The notes under the pieces are model-generated. The model saw only the letters and a program-made list of their open reading frames with translations, did not search any database and was not told where the DNA came from. Positions 9,865-19,766 of a DNA stretch of 64,000 bases are shown here, one piece after another. Position 1 is the stretch's first letter. Every line of letters begins with the position of its first letter. Source of the stretch: Bradymonadia bacterium (GTDB lineage: Bacteria > Myxococcota_A > Bradymonadia > UBA7976 > UBA1532). Location: the NCBI GenBank assembly GCA_046290225.1, contig JBKAGE010000034.1, positions 160,001-224,000 on the forward strand, written 5' to 3'. The position numbers and the translations under genes are program-made.

Positions 9865-10926
9865 ATGTCCTCCGAACACGCTCCAGACGAGATCCCGCCC
9901 AATCGAGCGCCCTACATCTATCGCTGGGATATGGACAAGACCTACCTGGCGACGGAGTTCGACACGGTCAAGGATCTGATCCGCACGGCGTTTCAGGGCC
10001 CCGCGGACAAAGCGAACGTGCCGGGCAGTGCGGTCCTGCTCCGAGAGCTCCGGGCCTCTTCCGGCGGCGGGGCGATGATCTATTTCATCAGCGGCAGCCC
10101 CCGGCAAATGCGCGGGGTGCTCTCCGAGAAGTTGCGCCTCGACGGCATCCACTTCGACGGCTTCATTCTGAAGGACAATCTCTCGAACCTGCTCAAGGGC
10201 CGCTTCAAGGCGCTCAAGGAGCAGGTGGGCTACAAGCTGCCCGCATTGCTCCAAGCCCGAGCTCAGGCGCCCTTGGGCAGCCGCGAGACCCTCTTCGGCG
10301 ATGACGCTGAGCGTGACGCCTTCATCTACTCGCTCTACGCTGATCTGCTGGCCCGTCGTGTGGATCACGACACGCTGGAGGCGGTCTTCGATGTCGCCGG
10401 TCTCTACCCCGACAGCCGAGCAGCCATCGTGCAGGGTCTGCAAGCGTTGGAGACGGTGGATCCGGTCGACCGGGTGCTGATCCACCTTGAGCGCCGCTCA
10501 CCGCCGATCCGCTTCGACGCCTATGGGCCCAGAGTGGCGCCGGTCTACAACTACTTCCAAGCCGCTCTGGTGCTGTTCCAGGACGGACGACTGCCTGCGA
10601 GCTCAGTGGGCCGCCTCGCCACCACCCTCATCGAGCAGTACCAGTTCACGGAGCGCATGCTGCTCCGCAGTTTCCAGGATACGCTCCGCCGTAACATCCT
10701 CGACTACAACGCAGCCCAGCGCCTCGGGGCCCAGGCGCTCCAGACTGGGGTGAGCCAGACGGTCATCGATCTCTTCGCTCGGGAAGCCACCGAAGTGAAC
10801 GTGCAGCCCCAGCCGAGCCGCCCGCAAACAGTGCCCGATTATCCCGCGCTGCTGGCCCGGGAGCTGAAACGCCACAAAATCGAGAAGGCCCGCCGCAAGA
10901 AGGTCAGTCGCCGCTGGTGGTCATAG
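9865..10926 (+). CDS. HAD-superfamily phosphatase (App1/DUF2183 phosphatidate phosphatase-like)
   Basis: WDMDKTY (DxDxT), FISGSP, YKL and FGDDAERD. Confidence 0.65.
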   Translation: MSSEHAPDEIPPNRAPYIYRWDMDKTYLATEFDTVKDLIRTAFQGPADKANVPGSAVLLRELRASSGGGAMIYFISGSPRQMRGVLSEKLRLDGIHFDGFILKDNLSNLLKGRFKALKEQVGYKLPALLQARAQAPLGSRETLFGDDAERDAFIYSLYADLLARRVDHDTLEAVFDVAGLYPDSRAAIVQGLQALETVDPVDRVLIHLERRSPPIRFDAYGPRVAPVYNYFQAALVLFQDGRLPASSVGRLATTLIEQYQFTERMLLRSFQDTLRRNILDYNAAQRLGAQALQTGVSQTVIDLFAREATEVNVQPQPSRPQTVPDYPALLARELKRHKIEKARRKKVSRRWWS

Positions 10927-11038
10927 CCTCGACTCGCCCTCCTGAGAGAAGCCCGGATGTTTATGCGCGGTTCCACTGGACCTGAACTGGGCTTCTCCGC
11001 ATCGTAATGACCACCCTGAATCGAACTTGGAGTCTCTG

Positions 11039-13057
11039 ATGGTGCTGTCGCTGCGCGCCCCCGCTCTGCTCTTTGCCCTCTCCCTCGCGGCCTGGGGCTG
11101 CGACGACGGCGGCGGTGGAGGTGGTGATGGCCTCGCCGGATCTGGCGGTGGTGGAGGCACGGCCCAGATGGGTGGCTCTGGCGGGGGTATGGTCAGCCCT
11201 GGTCAGACTCAGGTGGCACTCTTCGCGCCCTTGGACGATCTCGGCGCTACCCCGCTCGGCCAGGTGCCATGGCCCAACAATATGTATCGCACCGACGATG
11301 GCCTCGACTTTCGCGGGTTTCCCCGACCGCCACGGATGATCCCGGTCATCGAGGACATCATCGTGGCCACCGGGCAGGAGACTCGGGCCTTCGGCACCAC
11401 CGCCACGATGTACGTGGCCTTCGAGGGGCCCATCGACGAGAGCTTGCTGCCCGAGAACGCACAAGCCAGCCTCGCCGATGACGCAGCCATCATGCTCGTG
11501 GACATCGACCCCGACTCACCGGAGCGGGGCAAGCGCTGGCCCTTCAACTGGAAATACAACCGCGCCGGCTCGAACTACTTGCCGGCGAACACGGTGATGA
11601 TTCGTCTGGTCGAGGGCATGGCCCTGAACCCAGCTACGATCTATGCCCTCGTGGTGACCTCTGCTGTGGGTGAGGCTGACGACGGCTTTGAGCAACTGCT
11701 CGCCGAAGATGCCCCCGGCGGCGCCCCCTGGGCCGACCTGCACGGGGTCTATGCCCCTCTGCGCAGCTGGCTCGCCGACACCTCCCCCAATGGCGGCTCC
11801 ACCCTCGAGGTGGCCTCGGCGAGCGTGTTCACCACTCAGGATCCGGTCTCGGAGATGTTCACGCTCCGCGACTTCATCCATAACCAGCCCTCGCCCGGGC
11901 TCAAGACCATCGATGGCAAGGGCGAGTTCGATCAGTTGTTCGAGGTCTTCGAAGGCACGTACGACGCACCGAAATTCCAGGAAGGCGAGATCCCGTACCG
12001 CTTCGCCGGTGGGGCGATTCGGTTCGGCGAAGATGGCCAGCCCAAGGTGCAGGGCACCGAAGAGCTGCGCTTTGCGCTGACCACTCCCCTCGGCCCCCCG
12101 CCGCCCGGGGGCTGGCCCATCGTGCTCTATGCCCACGGCACCGGCGGCGACTACCGCAGCTTCATCCGGAGCAACGTCTCGAACGTGCTCGCCCGCAACG
12201 GCACTGCGGTCATCTCCATCGACCAGATCCATCATGGTCCACGGAGCAATGGCGGCTGCGCCCTGGGCGACGATGGCTGCGTGTCATTGTTGTTCTTCAA
12301 CTTCCTCAACCCCGTTGCGGGTCGGGACAACGTGCGCCAGTCAGCGCTGGACTACGTGAGCTTGCTGCGCTTCGTACAGGGCCTGCAGATCCCCGGGGAG
12401 GAGACGCTGCACGGGGAGCCCATCACCTTCAACCGCGACAACGTGATGTTCATGGGGCACAGCCAGGGCGGCCTGAACGGTCCGCTCTTCATGGCGGTGG
12501 AGCCCTCGGTGAAGGGCGGCATGCTCTCCGGCGCTGGCGCCAGCATCGCGATCTCCATCGAACAGAAGACCTCCCCGACATCGATCGCGGATCCGGTGTC
12601 GGGCCTTCTGGGCCTGCCAGATGAGGATCCGCTGGACCGTTGGCACCCTGTGCTCATGCTGCTTCAGACGTTCATCGAGCCCGGCGACGGTCTGAACTAC
12701 GCGAAGTTCTGGTTTGCGGAGCCCCCCGCCGGGTATGCGCCGAAGAGCGTGTTCATGACTGTGGGGCTCGACGACACGTTCACGCCTCCCGAGACGACCT
12801 TCGCTCTGGCGACCGCGGGCCGGGTGCCGCTGATCGACCCCGCTGTGGTGCCGATCGAAGGCCTGGAGTTCGTAGGGGCAGGTCGAGTGCTGCGGGCGCC
12901 GTACGCAGGGAACGTGGCAGACCGTCAGGCGAGCGCGGGGCTGGCCCAGTACGAGGGTGAGGGGCACTTCGTGATCTTCGATGTGCCGAGCGCTAGGCAG
13001 AGATACGGGCGGTTCTTGAACAGTCTCGCGATCGAGAATCCGCCCGAGATCTTCTGA
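11039..13057 (+). CDS. Lipoprotein alpha/beta hydrolase (secreted lipase/esterase-like)
   Basis: Lipobox AWGC and Gly-rich linker; YAHGTGG, HHGPR, RDNVRQ and GHSQGG nucleophile elbow; late Asp and His candidates. Confidence 0.8.
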   Translation: MVLSLRAPALLFALSLAAWGCDDGGGGGGDGLAGSGGGGGTAQMGGSGGGMVSPGQTQVALFAPLDDLGATPLGQVPWPNNMYRTDDGLDFRGFPRPPRMIPVIEDIIVATGQETRAFGTTATMYVAFEGPIDESLLPENAQASLADDAAIMLVDIDPDSPERGKRWPFNWKYNRAGSNYLPANTVMIRLVEGMALNPATIYALVVTSAVGEADDGFEQLLAEDAPGGAPWADLHGVYAPLRSWLADTSPNGGSTLEVASASVFTTQDPVSEMFTLRDFIHNQPSPGLKTIDGKGEFDQLFEVFEGTYDAPKFQEGEIPYRFAGGAIRFGEDGQPKVQGTEELRFALTTPLGPPPPGGWPIVLYAHGTGGDYRSFIRSNVSNVLARNGTAVISIDQIHHGPRSNGGCALGDDGCVSLLFFNFLNPVAGRDNVRQSALDYVSLLRFVQGLQIPGEETLHGEPITFNRDNVMFMGHSQGGLNGPLFMAVEPSVKGGMLSGAGASIAISIEQKTSPTSIADPVSGLLGLPDEDPLDRWHPVLMLLQTFIEPGDGLNYAKFWFAEPPAGYAPKSVFMTVGLDDTFTPPETTFALATAGRVPLIDPAVVPIEGLEFVGAGRVLRAPYAGNVADRQASAGLAQYEGEGHFVIFDVPSARQRYGRFLNSLAIENPPEIF

Positions 13058-13073
13058 ACGGAATGGGCCGGCC

Positions 13074-14195
13074 TCACTCCCCGGCGGACATCCCCACCAC
13101 CACGCGCAGGCCAGCCACCCAGGCGGTCTTCCCACTGTTCTGAGGGTTGATCACCACCTGGGCATCGGGCTGGAGCTTCATGAAGTCCAACACGGCATAC
13201 TGCGCCGTGAGCTCCACCACCCCCTCGGCATTGCTCATGGCGTTGCCTTCTGCGGCGGCCGCGGCCTGTGCGGAGTCAGTGAACCGGGTGACCGCGCCCC
13301 CGAGCCCCACATCACCACCGCCTGGGAGAACATCGTCCATGGTGATGCCTCCATCGACGTGCCAGTGGGCCTTGCTGACGGCGGGCGTCATGTTGAGGCC
13401 ACCACGGAGGAAGACGTTCGTGGCGCCGGGCAACGCCTGCTCAAGGATGACGTGTGCGTGGGTGAGGCCATCTTGGCGGTCGCCGGTGTCCATGCGCTCA
13501 AAAGCGTCAGTGCGGTGGGCGAGCCCGAAGGTGACCCGGCTGGTGTGATAGCTCAACAGCTTGTCGGCGACGGCGACCTCCATGTAGGCGGCCTCGGTGT
13601 TGTCGACAGCCGCCCCGGTCTCATCGGGCAACCTGATGTTGTACGCCCCTCCTCGAACGGTGAAGTGCCGAGACAGCCGGCCCTCGGCCATGCCGCCCAT
13701 GGCAGTCACGACCTCTGCCGGGGGTGGCAGGTTGCCGTTGAGCGTGGGGAGTGGCCCATAAAGGCCGTTGATGAAGCGGCCTGCCCCATTCGCATTCATG
13801 AAGGTCTGCTCAGGGGCGATGGCGCCCACCCTGATCTTGAGATCGTCGGTGACTTGTCCCTCCATCCACGCGAACACGAGGGTCAGCTGATTGGGCTTGA
13901 GGTTGCTCACGGCGTTGAACTCACCGACGGGATCACCCTCGATGCCATCGCCATAGGGCGTGATGGCCTGGGCACCCAGGGACCAGCCCTCCAAGGGACC
14001 GTTGGTGGCACCATTGAGTTGCAGCTGGCCGTTGAACAAACCGATCCAGTCGCTTCCCTGCTCTGCACCTCCGTTGACAGTGGAGAGCCCATCGGTGGTG
14101 AACGAGGTGCTCACCTTGGGCGTGATCAGGGTCTCCGCGGAAAGAGTGGCGGGGGCGCCGAGGGTGCAGATGAGTAGAGTGGTCAGGACGCGCAT
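13074..14195 (-). CDS. Carbohydrate-selective porin, OprB family
   Basis: Signal peptide; C-terminal EGVVELTAQY...LQPDAQVVINP...AGLR typical of OprB. Confidence 0.75.
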   Translation of the reverse strand: MRVLTTLLICTLGAPATLSAETLITPKVSTSFTTDGLSTVNGGAEQGSDWIGLFNGQLQLNGATNGPLEGWSLGAQAITPYGDGIEGDPVGEFNAVSNLKPNQLTLVFAWMEGQVTDDLKIRVGAIAPEQTFMNANGAGRFINGLYGPLPTLNGNLPPPAEVVTAMGGMAEGRLSRHFTVRGGAYNIRLPDETGAAVDNTEAAYMEVAVADKLLSYHTSRVTFGLAHRTDAFERMDTGDRQDGLTHAHVILEQALPGATNVFLRGGLNMTPAVSKAHWHVDGGITMDDVLPGGGDVGLGGAVTRFTDSAQAAAAAEGNAMSNAEGVVELTAQYAVLDFMKLQPDAQVVINPQNSGKTAWVAGLRVVVGMSAGE

Positions 14196-14717
14196 GGTCA
14201 ATGCTCCGGTCAACTCGCCGAGGTCGCCCTTGTGAATCAATGAGCCATCACCCCAACGCTTTCACCCAAACATTCGACAGTTTTAATTATTAGAAAAAAA
14301 GGAGGGTGACCAGTGACTACCCAGCACTGACTCACTCAACCTCCCTCGCTTAGCAACGCCCTTTCCCTCGACAACAAAACCAAAACAATTACGAATACTT
14401 AAATCAAAGCAACTTATAGATACAGGCATATCCCTGCCCATATCAGCCTGGCAGACTGAGGTGATACGACAACAATAGAAGCAGTACACCTAATCAAAAC
14501 AGGTCAGGTATTGCGGCCACTTCAATTCGAAAAATTGACCAATGAGTGAAACAGATGGGTAACGACTCAAAACGAAACAGAGAGTCGCCTCGCCATCTTC
14601 GATATACTGATTCGCAGCCAGTCTTTGATGCCTTCAAGATCTGCCTGGCCCTTCAGCAGGCTGGCACGACTGACAGAGGCACACCTGCTGACCAGCAGAC
14701 ACTCGCCGCTCGAACGA

Positions 14718-15596
14718 TCAGGGCTTCTTCTGGCCCGCCAGGGCGGCGCCCTCTTCTACAGAGGCAGCACACCGAAAGCCAAAGTGATGGTAGGGGTTGT
14801 TCGAGGGCACGTGGGCCCGACGATACACCCCGTCGGCGCGCTCAGTGGGCCAGTACCAGGATCCACCGCGGACCACCTTGCGGCGGTAGCCCTTGCACTT
14901 CTCGGCGCCATCACAGGGACCCTTCGGGTTCACCCCGAGGCAGGCCTCGCCACAGCCCTCGTAGCTCGACGAGTACCAGTCCGCCACCCACTCGTAGCTG
15001 TTGCCCACCATATCCTTGAGGCCGTAGCGACCGGCGGGCTTCTTCCCCACCTCCCACACACGACCCTTCTCCGGCTTCTTGCCGCGCTTCTTCACCCCGC
15101 AGCTGCGCCCGCGCTCGTCCTTGATCACCGCCTGCTCACAGGTCACACGATCATTGCCATAGGGCGTCAGCTCGCCCTTCTCTCCACGCACTGCCTTCTC
15201 CCACTCTGCTTCAGTGGGCAGGTGCTTTCCGTGGGCCTTGCAGTATTTCACCGCGTCGTACCAGCTGATGCCGTTGATGGGCTGTTTCGGTCGGGAGAAG
15301 TCGCTGTATTTGGGCCCCGCGCGATCACACTTGCGGGCCTTCACACAGGCCTTGTACTCCGCGACAGTCACCTCGTTGACGTCCATGTAGAAAGTCTGCT
15401 GCCAGACCGTCGCCTCGGGGCGAGCCATCTCCGGACCATCATTGCTCCCACGGATGAAAGAGCCACCCGGCACGCAGGCCATCCCTTCTGGGGCCTCGGC
15501 ACACGGGATCACGGGGACCTCGTCCTCCGCAGCAGCGGTGGTGGTCCAGAGGCAAGCGAGGGCCACAGAGGCCAGCAGCGCGCGATAACGCATCAT
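14718..15596 (-). CDS. Secreted formylglycine-generating-enzyme (SUMF1/FGE-sulfatase) domain protein
   Basis: VPGGSFIRG, EVTVAEY, LPTEAEWEKA, GLKDMVGNSYEWVADWY, RGGSW and GFRCA. Confidence 0.9.
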   Translation of the reverse strand: MMRYRALLASVALACLWTTTAAAEDEVPVIPCAEAPEGMACVPGGSFIRGSNDGPEMARPEATVWQQTFYMDVNEVTVAEYKACVKARKCDRAGPKYSDFSRPKQPINGISWYDAVKYCKAHGKHLPTEAEWEKAVRGEKGELTPYGNDRVTCEQAVIKDERGRSCGVKKRGKKPEKGRVWEVGKKPAGRYGLKDMVGNSYEWVADWYSSSYEGCGEACLGVNPKGPCDGAEKCKGYRRKVVRGGSWYWPTERADGVYRRAHVPSNNPYHHFGFRCAASVEEGAALAGQKKP

Positions 15597-15617
15597 CTCT
15601 CCAATCGGCTGAGTCAC

Positions 15618-16406
15618 TCAGCTCTCAAGGTGACGGCGGAGCTCGGCGAGATAGGCCGGCGTCCGTCGCATCCGGCTGCCGTACCACGAGAACAGCTCCC
15701 CGTCGACCAGGGCACATCTCACTCCAGGCAATGCCTCTTCGATCTCTCGCATGTGGATCGACTTGAAGGGGTACGGCTCACTGGAGAGCAGGACCCACTG
15801 CGGGCGCAGACTCTTCAACCCTGAGAGGGTGATCTCCGGATATCGGGGCAGATGCCCCACCACATTGCGCATGCCCCCACGCTCGAGCACGTCGTGGATG
15901 AAGTTGCTCGACCCAGCGGCCATGTAGGGCCCCCGCCAGATGAAGTAGGCCACAGGGATCTGCAGCACCTCGGAGAAGCTGAGCGCTTCGAAGCCCTCGA
16001 CGACCTCATCTGCGATGGCGTGTGCCTGCTCGGCCCGCCCAACGAGGGCACCGAGGGCGCGGATCATCTCGATGCCCTCGGCAACATCGCCGACATCGGT
16101 GACGTAAACTGGGACCTCAGCAGCGAGGGCCTCCACCATGGGTCGGGTGTTCTCTTCTTTGTTCGCGATGACCAGATCGGGTCTGAGGCTCAGGATCTCG
16201 TCGACCCGGGCGTTCTTGGTCCCGCCCACTTGCCTCCTACCCTGGCACCACGCCTTCGGGTGAATACAGAAGCGCGTGATGCCCACGACCTCGTCATCGA
16301 GGCCGAGATCGGCGAGCAGCTCAGTTTGACTGGGTACGAGGGAGACGATGCGTCGAGGGGTGCTTGGCACGTCGACGTGACGGCCGAGCGCATCAGTAAA
16401 ACGCAC
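15618..16406 (-). CDS. Helical-backbone metal/cobalamin-binding protein (BtuF-like)
   Basis: RRIVSLVPSQTELL, VGITRFC, GGTK, PDLVIANKEEN, SSEPYPF and DGELFSWYG. Confidence 0.85.
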   Translation of the reverse strand: MRFTDALGRHVDVPSTPRRIVSLVPSQTELLADLGLDDEVVGITRFCIHPKAWCQGRRQVGGTKNARVDEILSLRPDLVIANKEENTRPMVEALAAEVPVYVTDVGDVAEGIEMIRALGALVGRAEQAHAIADEVVEGFEALSFSEVLQIPVAYFIWRGPYMAAGSSNFIHDVLERGGMRNVVGHLPRYPEITLSGLKSLRPQWVLLSSEPYPFKSIHMREIEEALPGVRCALVDGELFSWYGSRMRRTPAYLAELRRHLES

Positions 16407-16435
16407 AGGATGCCTCTGTGAGGATGGTCGTGAGA

Positions 16436-17965
16436 TCAGTGCTCGTGGTCTGCGTGATCATGCCCCGTGTGACCATGCTCATGACCCTTGTGCGGGTGCC
16501 CGCCATGGTCGTGAGGGCCGTGACTGTGACCCTTGTGACCCGGGCCACCATGGTCATGGCCCTGGTGGTCGTGGCTGTGACCATGCCCCTTATGGTCGTG
16601 CCCCTTATGGTCATGTCCCTTGTGATCATGACCGTGCCCATGACCACCATGATCATGACCATGCCCATGACCGTGGTTGTGACCGTGGTTGTGGCCATGG
16701 CCGTCGTCTTCGATGCCAATGGCCTTCCCCGAGCCGATGGCCTTGATGCTTTCTCGAAGGGTGTCGAAAGCCCGGGCACGTTGAGGGTTCTCTTCTCCCC
16801 CCCAACCCGCCTTCTCCAGTGCTTTGTAGGTCTCCACTGCCATGGGGGCCGTCTCGGGGAATGGCTTGAGCAGACGAATCTGATCCGCGATGAGCGAGAA
16901 GGCGCCAGGGTTCGCCTCGGCGGCCTTGAGGCTTTGCTTGAACAAAGCAAAGAAAGGCCCTCGATCAGGCACACGATCTACATGCTGCATCAAGTCCTGC
17001 ACGGCAACAGGGAGCGACTTCAACGCCTCAGGCTGGTTGCCGAGTACGCTCTTCAAACGCGCCTCCAGGCGGGTGTAGGCGTCAGGGTGATTCAGGCGCC
17101 GCAGGCCCAGCCGACATGCAGGCTCGAGCTCGGGACCAGGGCACCACCCGAGGACCTCCTCCGCCATGTTCATGCGACCGGCGAGACCCATGAGCGCTAC
17201 CTTCGCGGGGCCCTTCGCGGTCTTGTGCCAGTCCAGCACTTGGGCGGGCTCCACCTTGCAGCCCTCTTTGAAGCAGCGTGAGATGCCCTCGATGGCGCCA
17301 GCGCGGACCGCGTCGGCGCTGTCGCTGCCCGCCACCTCGACGAGCAACGGGCCGAGGTTTGGCGGCACATAGATGTTCAGGAGCCGGAAGAGCACCACCC
17401 GCTCCTGCTCATTTTCTGTGGCTTTGATGCGGTCGAAGATCTTGCGGTGGTACTTCAAGTCGCCGTCGTCGGGCTGGTACCGCAGCCGCTTGAAGGCCGT
17501 CGCCACCAACTCTCGGGCAGCAGCTCGCTCCACACGATGCTCAGCGCCCAGGCGGCTGATGGCCACATCGAGTCGATCGAAGGCAGCGGCATGGGTACCC
17601 GGGTTCTTACGTTCGAAGCGATCGAAGGCCCCACGCATGGCGTTGATGGGCCCCCGCCACTTTCGGCACCGCACGAGGAGGGCCTCTGCAGGTGCAGTCT
17701 CGGGGCCCTTGCAGGACTCAGGGACCAGCTTCAGGGCCGCCAGCGTGAGCCGGGCCACCTCTGAGGCGCCAGAGTCGGCAGCCTTGGGGGCCTCTTTGGA
17801 TGTGCTCTCCTGCCCCTTGGCCTCGGTCTTGCCCTTATCGGATGCGGCGCTCTGCGCGCCGGCCTTGGGCTGCTCGGACTCGCCGGACTTGCCTTTGCAG
17901 CCCGAGAGGGCCCATGGCGCCAGCAGCAACAAGGCGATCGCCGATCGTCCAAAGTACATGTTCAT
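16436..17965 (-). CDS. Lipoprotein with HEAT-like helical body and long His-rich C-terminal tail
   Basis: Lipobox LSGC; tail GHGHNHGHNH...GHDHKGHDHK...DHEH; ATGA overlap with the BtpA-like gene. Confidence 0.8.
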   Translation of the reverse strand: MNMYFGRSAIALLLLAPWALSGCKGKSGESEQPKAGAQSAASDKGKTEAKGQESTSKEAPKAADSGASEVARLTLAALKLVPESCKGPETAPAEALLVRCRKWRGPINAMRGAFDRFERKNPGTHAAAFDRLDVAISRLGAEHRVERAAARELVATAFKRLRYQPDDGDLKYHRKIFDRIKATENEQERVVLFRLLNIYVPPNLGPLLVEVAGSDSADAVRAGAIEGISRCFKEGCKVEPAQVLDWHKTAKGPAKVALMGLAGRMNMAEEVLGWCPGPELEPACRLGLRRLNHPDAYTRLEARLKSVLGNQPEALKSLPVAVQDLMQHVDRVPDRGPFFALFKQSLKAAEANPGAFSLIADQIRLLKPFPETAPMAVETYKALEKAGWGGEENPQRARAFDTLRESIKAIGSGKAIGIEDDGHGHNHGHNHGHGHGHDHGGHGHGHDHKGHDHKGHDHKGHGHSHDHQGHDHGGPGHKGHSHGPHDHGGHPHKGHEHGHTGHDHADHEH

Positions 17966-18771
17966 GACCATCCTTGAATTGCGTCGAGTGTGGCTCTCAG
18001 GCGGGTCACCCGGGCCTGCTCCACCGGCTGCCGCCAGTCCCCGTCGTACTTAAGGGCCGAGCCCACAATGAGCGCATCGGCGTGGCTCGCCAGACGGGCG
18101 GCGCCCTCTGCGGTGACCCCCGAGCCCACGGCCACCGGCAAGCCAGCGGCGCGGATCGCGTCGACATCATGTGGATCTGTGGGGTCGCCTGTTGCACCAC
18201 CTGTGGCGATCAATACGTCGGCGCCGCAAAAAACAGCCCCCTCGGCGAGGGCCTGCAGCTCGAGATCCCCAGTGATGGCGTGGGCGGCATGCTTCTTCTG
18301 CACGTCGGCCCAGATGGCCACATCGGCGTCGAGGGCGGCAACGGCCCGCATCAATGGGCCTGCAGAGGCGTCCATCCAGCCTTCGTCGGCCACATGGCCG
18401 TAGGCGAAGGCCTCGACGCGGAGAAACTTCGCCCCTGCGGCGACGGCGACCCCGAGGGCCTGCCGATTGGCGCCGGCGAGGACCTGCACCCCTGTGGGGA
18501 TGCCCAGCTCCACCACCGCGGCGGTGGCCAGCGCCATCGACGCCACGGTTTCTGGGGGCACGTGGCCTTTGAGATAGGGCAGATCGCCCATGTTCTCGAC
18601 GATGAGGGCGTCACACCCTCCAGCGACGAGTGCTCGAGCATCGGCGAGGGCCAGCTCGACGATCTCGTTCACTGGGCGCCCGCCTCGGGGACTCCCGGGG
18701 AGCGGGGCCAGGTGCACCATGCCCACCAGGGCGCATCGACCTGAATCCGGCCGCCATCCACGTGCTGCCAT
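17962..18771 (-). CDS. BtpA/SgcQ family TIM-barrel protein
   Basis: GMVHLAPLPGSP, ENMGDLPY, ADVQKKHA, TGGATG, VGSGVT and IVGSALK. Confidence 0.9.
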   Translation of the reverse strand: MAARGWRPDSGRCALVGMVHLAPLPGSPRGGRPVNEIVELALADARALVAGGCDALIVENMGDLPYLKGHVPPETVASMALATAAVVELGIPTGVQVLAGANRQALGVAVAAGAKFLRVEAFAYGHVADEGWMDASAGPLMRAVAALDADVAIWADVQKKHAAHAITGDLELQALAEGAVFCGADVLIATGGATGDPTDPHDVDAIRAAGLPVAVGSGVTAEGAARLASHADALIVGSALKYDGDWRQPVEQARVTRLRATLDAIQGWS

Positions 18772-18834
18772 GTCTCGAAACCTCTCCCCACAAAGGGCAT
18801 TGTGTTCGGTGTGTCCTGGGCCCGTCGATGAGGG

Positions 18835-18876
18835 CTCAGTGCAGATATCTCAGTGCAGATATATCAGTGCAGATGT
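18835..18876. repeat. 14-bp tandem triplication at a gene end
   Basis: ctcagtgcagatat twice (exact), then atcagtgcagatgt, which contains the stop codon of the SirB1-like gene. Confidence 0.9.
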
Positions 18877-19700
18877 TGCCGACGGGTGGCCACCTCGGCC
18901 CGTCGCTGAGCGGCCTGCTCACCGTGGACCGATCCTGCGAAGCGATCTGCGGCGTCGTTGTACGTCGCCACCGCCTCCGACAGCGCACCCACCTCTTCGG
19001 CGATGCGACCGTGCAACAGCAGAGCATCGGGCTGCTCCGGCCTCAGGGTGGCCAGGAAACGCGTCGTGCGATAGAGCGCCAGGGTGGCCCCTGCGCGGTG
19101 GTGACTGTTCACGAGGTTGCGCAATACCCGCTCCACCCACTCCACCCAGCCTGTCGCTTCGAGGAAGGCGTCGTCCCACTGCACCTTGCCCCCGAGCAGC
19201 TTGCCCACGATGCGCTGGCACTGGCTCGGGCTGAGGGCAGCGCCTCGATTGAAGGGATCGATGAGGGTGCCAGCACCCTCACCCACCCTGAGAATGAAGT
19301 GCCCCGGCATACCCACCCCCTCGGCGTGGATGCCGGCGCCCCGAGCCACGAGGGCCCACAAGGCACTGAGCAGAATCGGCAGGCCCCGTCGCCGGCGACT
19401 GACCACCGTGAGTCTGCTGTTGTCGGGGTGGTGGTAGTCGGCCTCGTCACCGCGAAAGTCGAGCTGATCACCGAGCACATGCCCCAGGGCTCGCGCAGGA
19501 TCACCGAGTGATCCCGTGCGCAGCTCCGCTGCAACCCAGTCGCTCCAGATGGAGAGCTGCTGTCGGCACACGTTGGCCGCCGAAACAGACACCCCCTCGA
19601 TGGCGAGCAGGGCGCCACACAAATCACGGATCTCGATGGCCTCGACGAAGGTCTTCAAGCTCACGTCGTCTTCAGCGGTCCACAGTTCGGTCACTTCCAT
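18864..19700 (-). CDS. SirB1 / transglutaminase-like core protein with TPR tail
   Basis: FRGDEADYHHPDNSRL, RRRGLPILLS, GVGMPGHF, IDPFNRG and RVLRNL. Confidence 0.88.
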   Translation of the reverse strand: MEVTELWTAEDDVSLKTFVEAIEIRDLCGALLAIEGVSVSAANVCRQQLSIWSDWVAAELRTGSLGDPARALGHVLGDQLDFRGDEADYHHPDNSRLTVVSRRRRGLPILLSALWALVARGAGIHAEGVGMPGHFILRVGEGAGTLIDPFNRGAALSPSQCQRIVGKLLGGKVQWDDAFLEATGWVEWVERVLRNLVNSHHRAGATLALYRTTRFLATLRPEQPDALLLHGRIAEEVGALSEAVATYNDAADRFAGSVHGEQAAQRRAEVATRRQHLH

Positions 19701-19766
19701 GGGGGGAGTTCAACGCGAACGCTCAGAGAGGGCAAGGGCAAATTGTCGACCTGAGGCAGGCGAGGC

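Noticed and set aside
14283..14489. Cys-rich 68-aa ORF in the AT-rich gap as a RiPP precursor
   Set aside because: Codon usage is atypical, there is no convincing RBS, and no adjacent modifying enzymes.
16418..17281. Met/Val/Thr-rich plus-strand ORF
   Set aside because: It is the reverse-complement reading of the His-rich tail.
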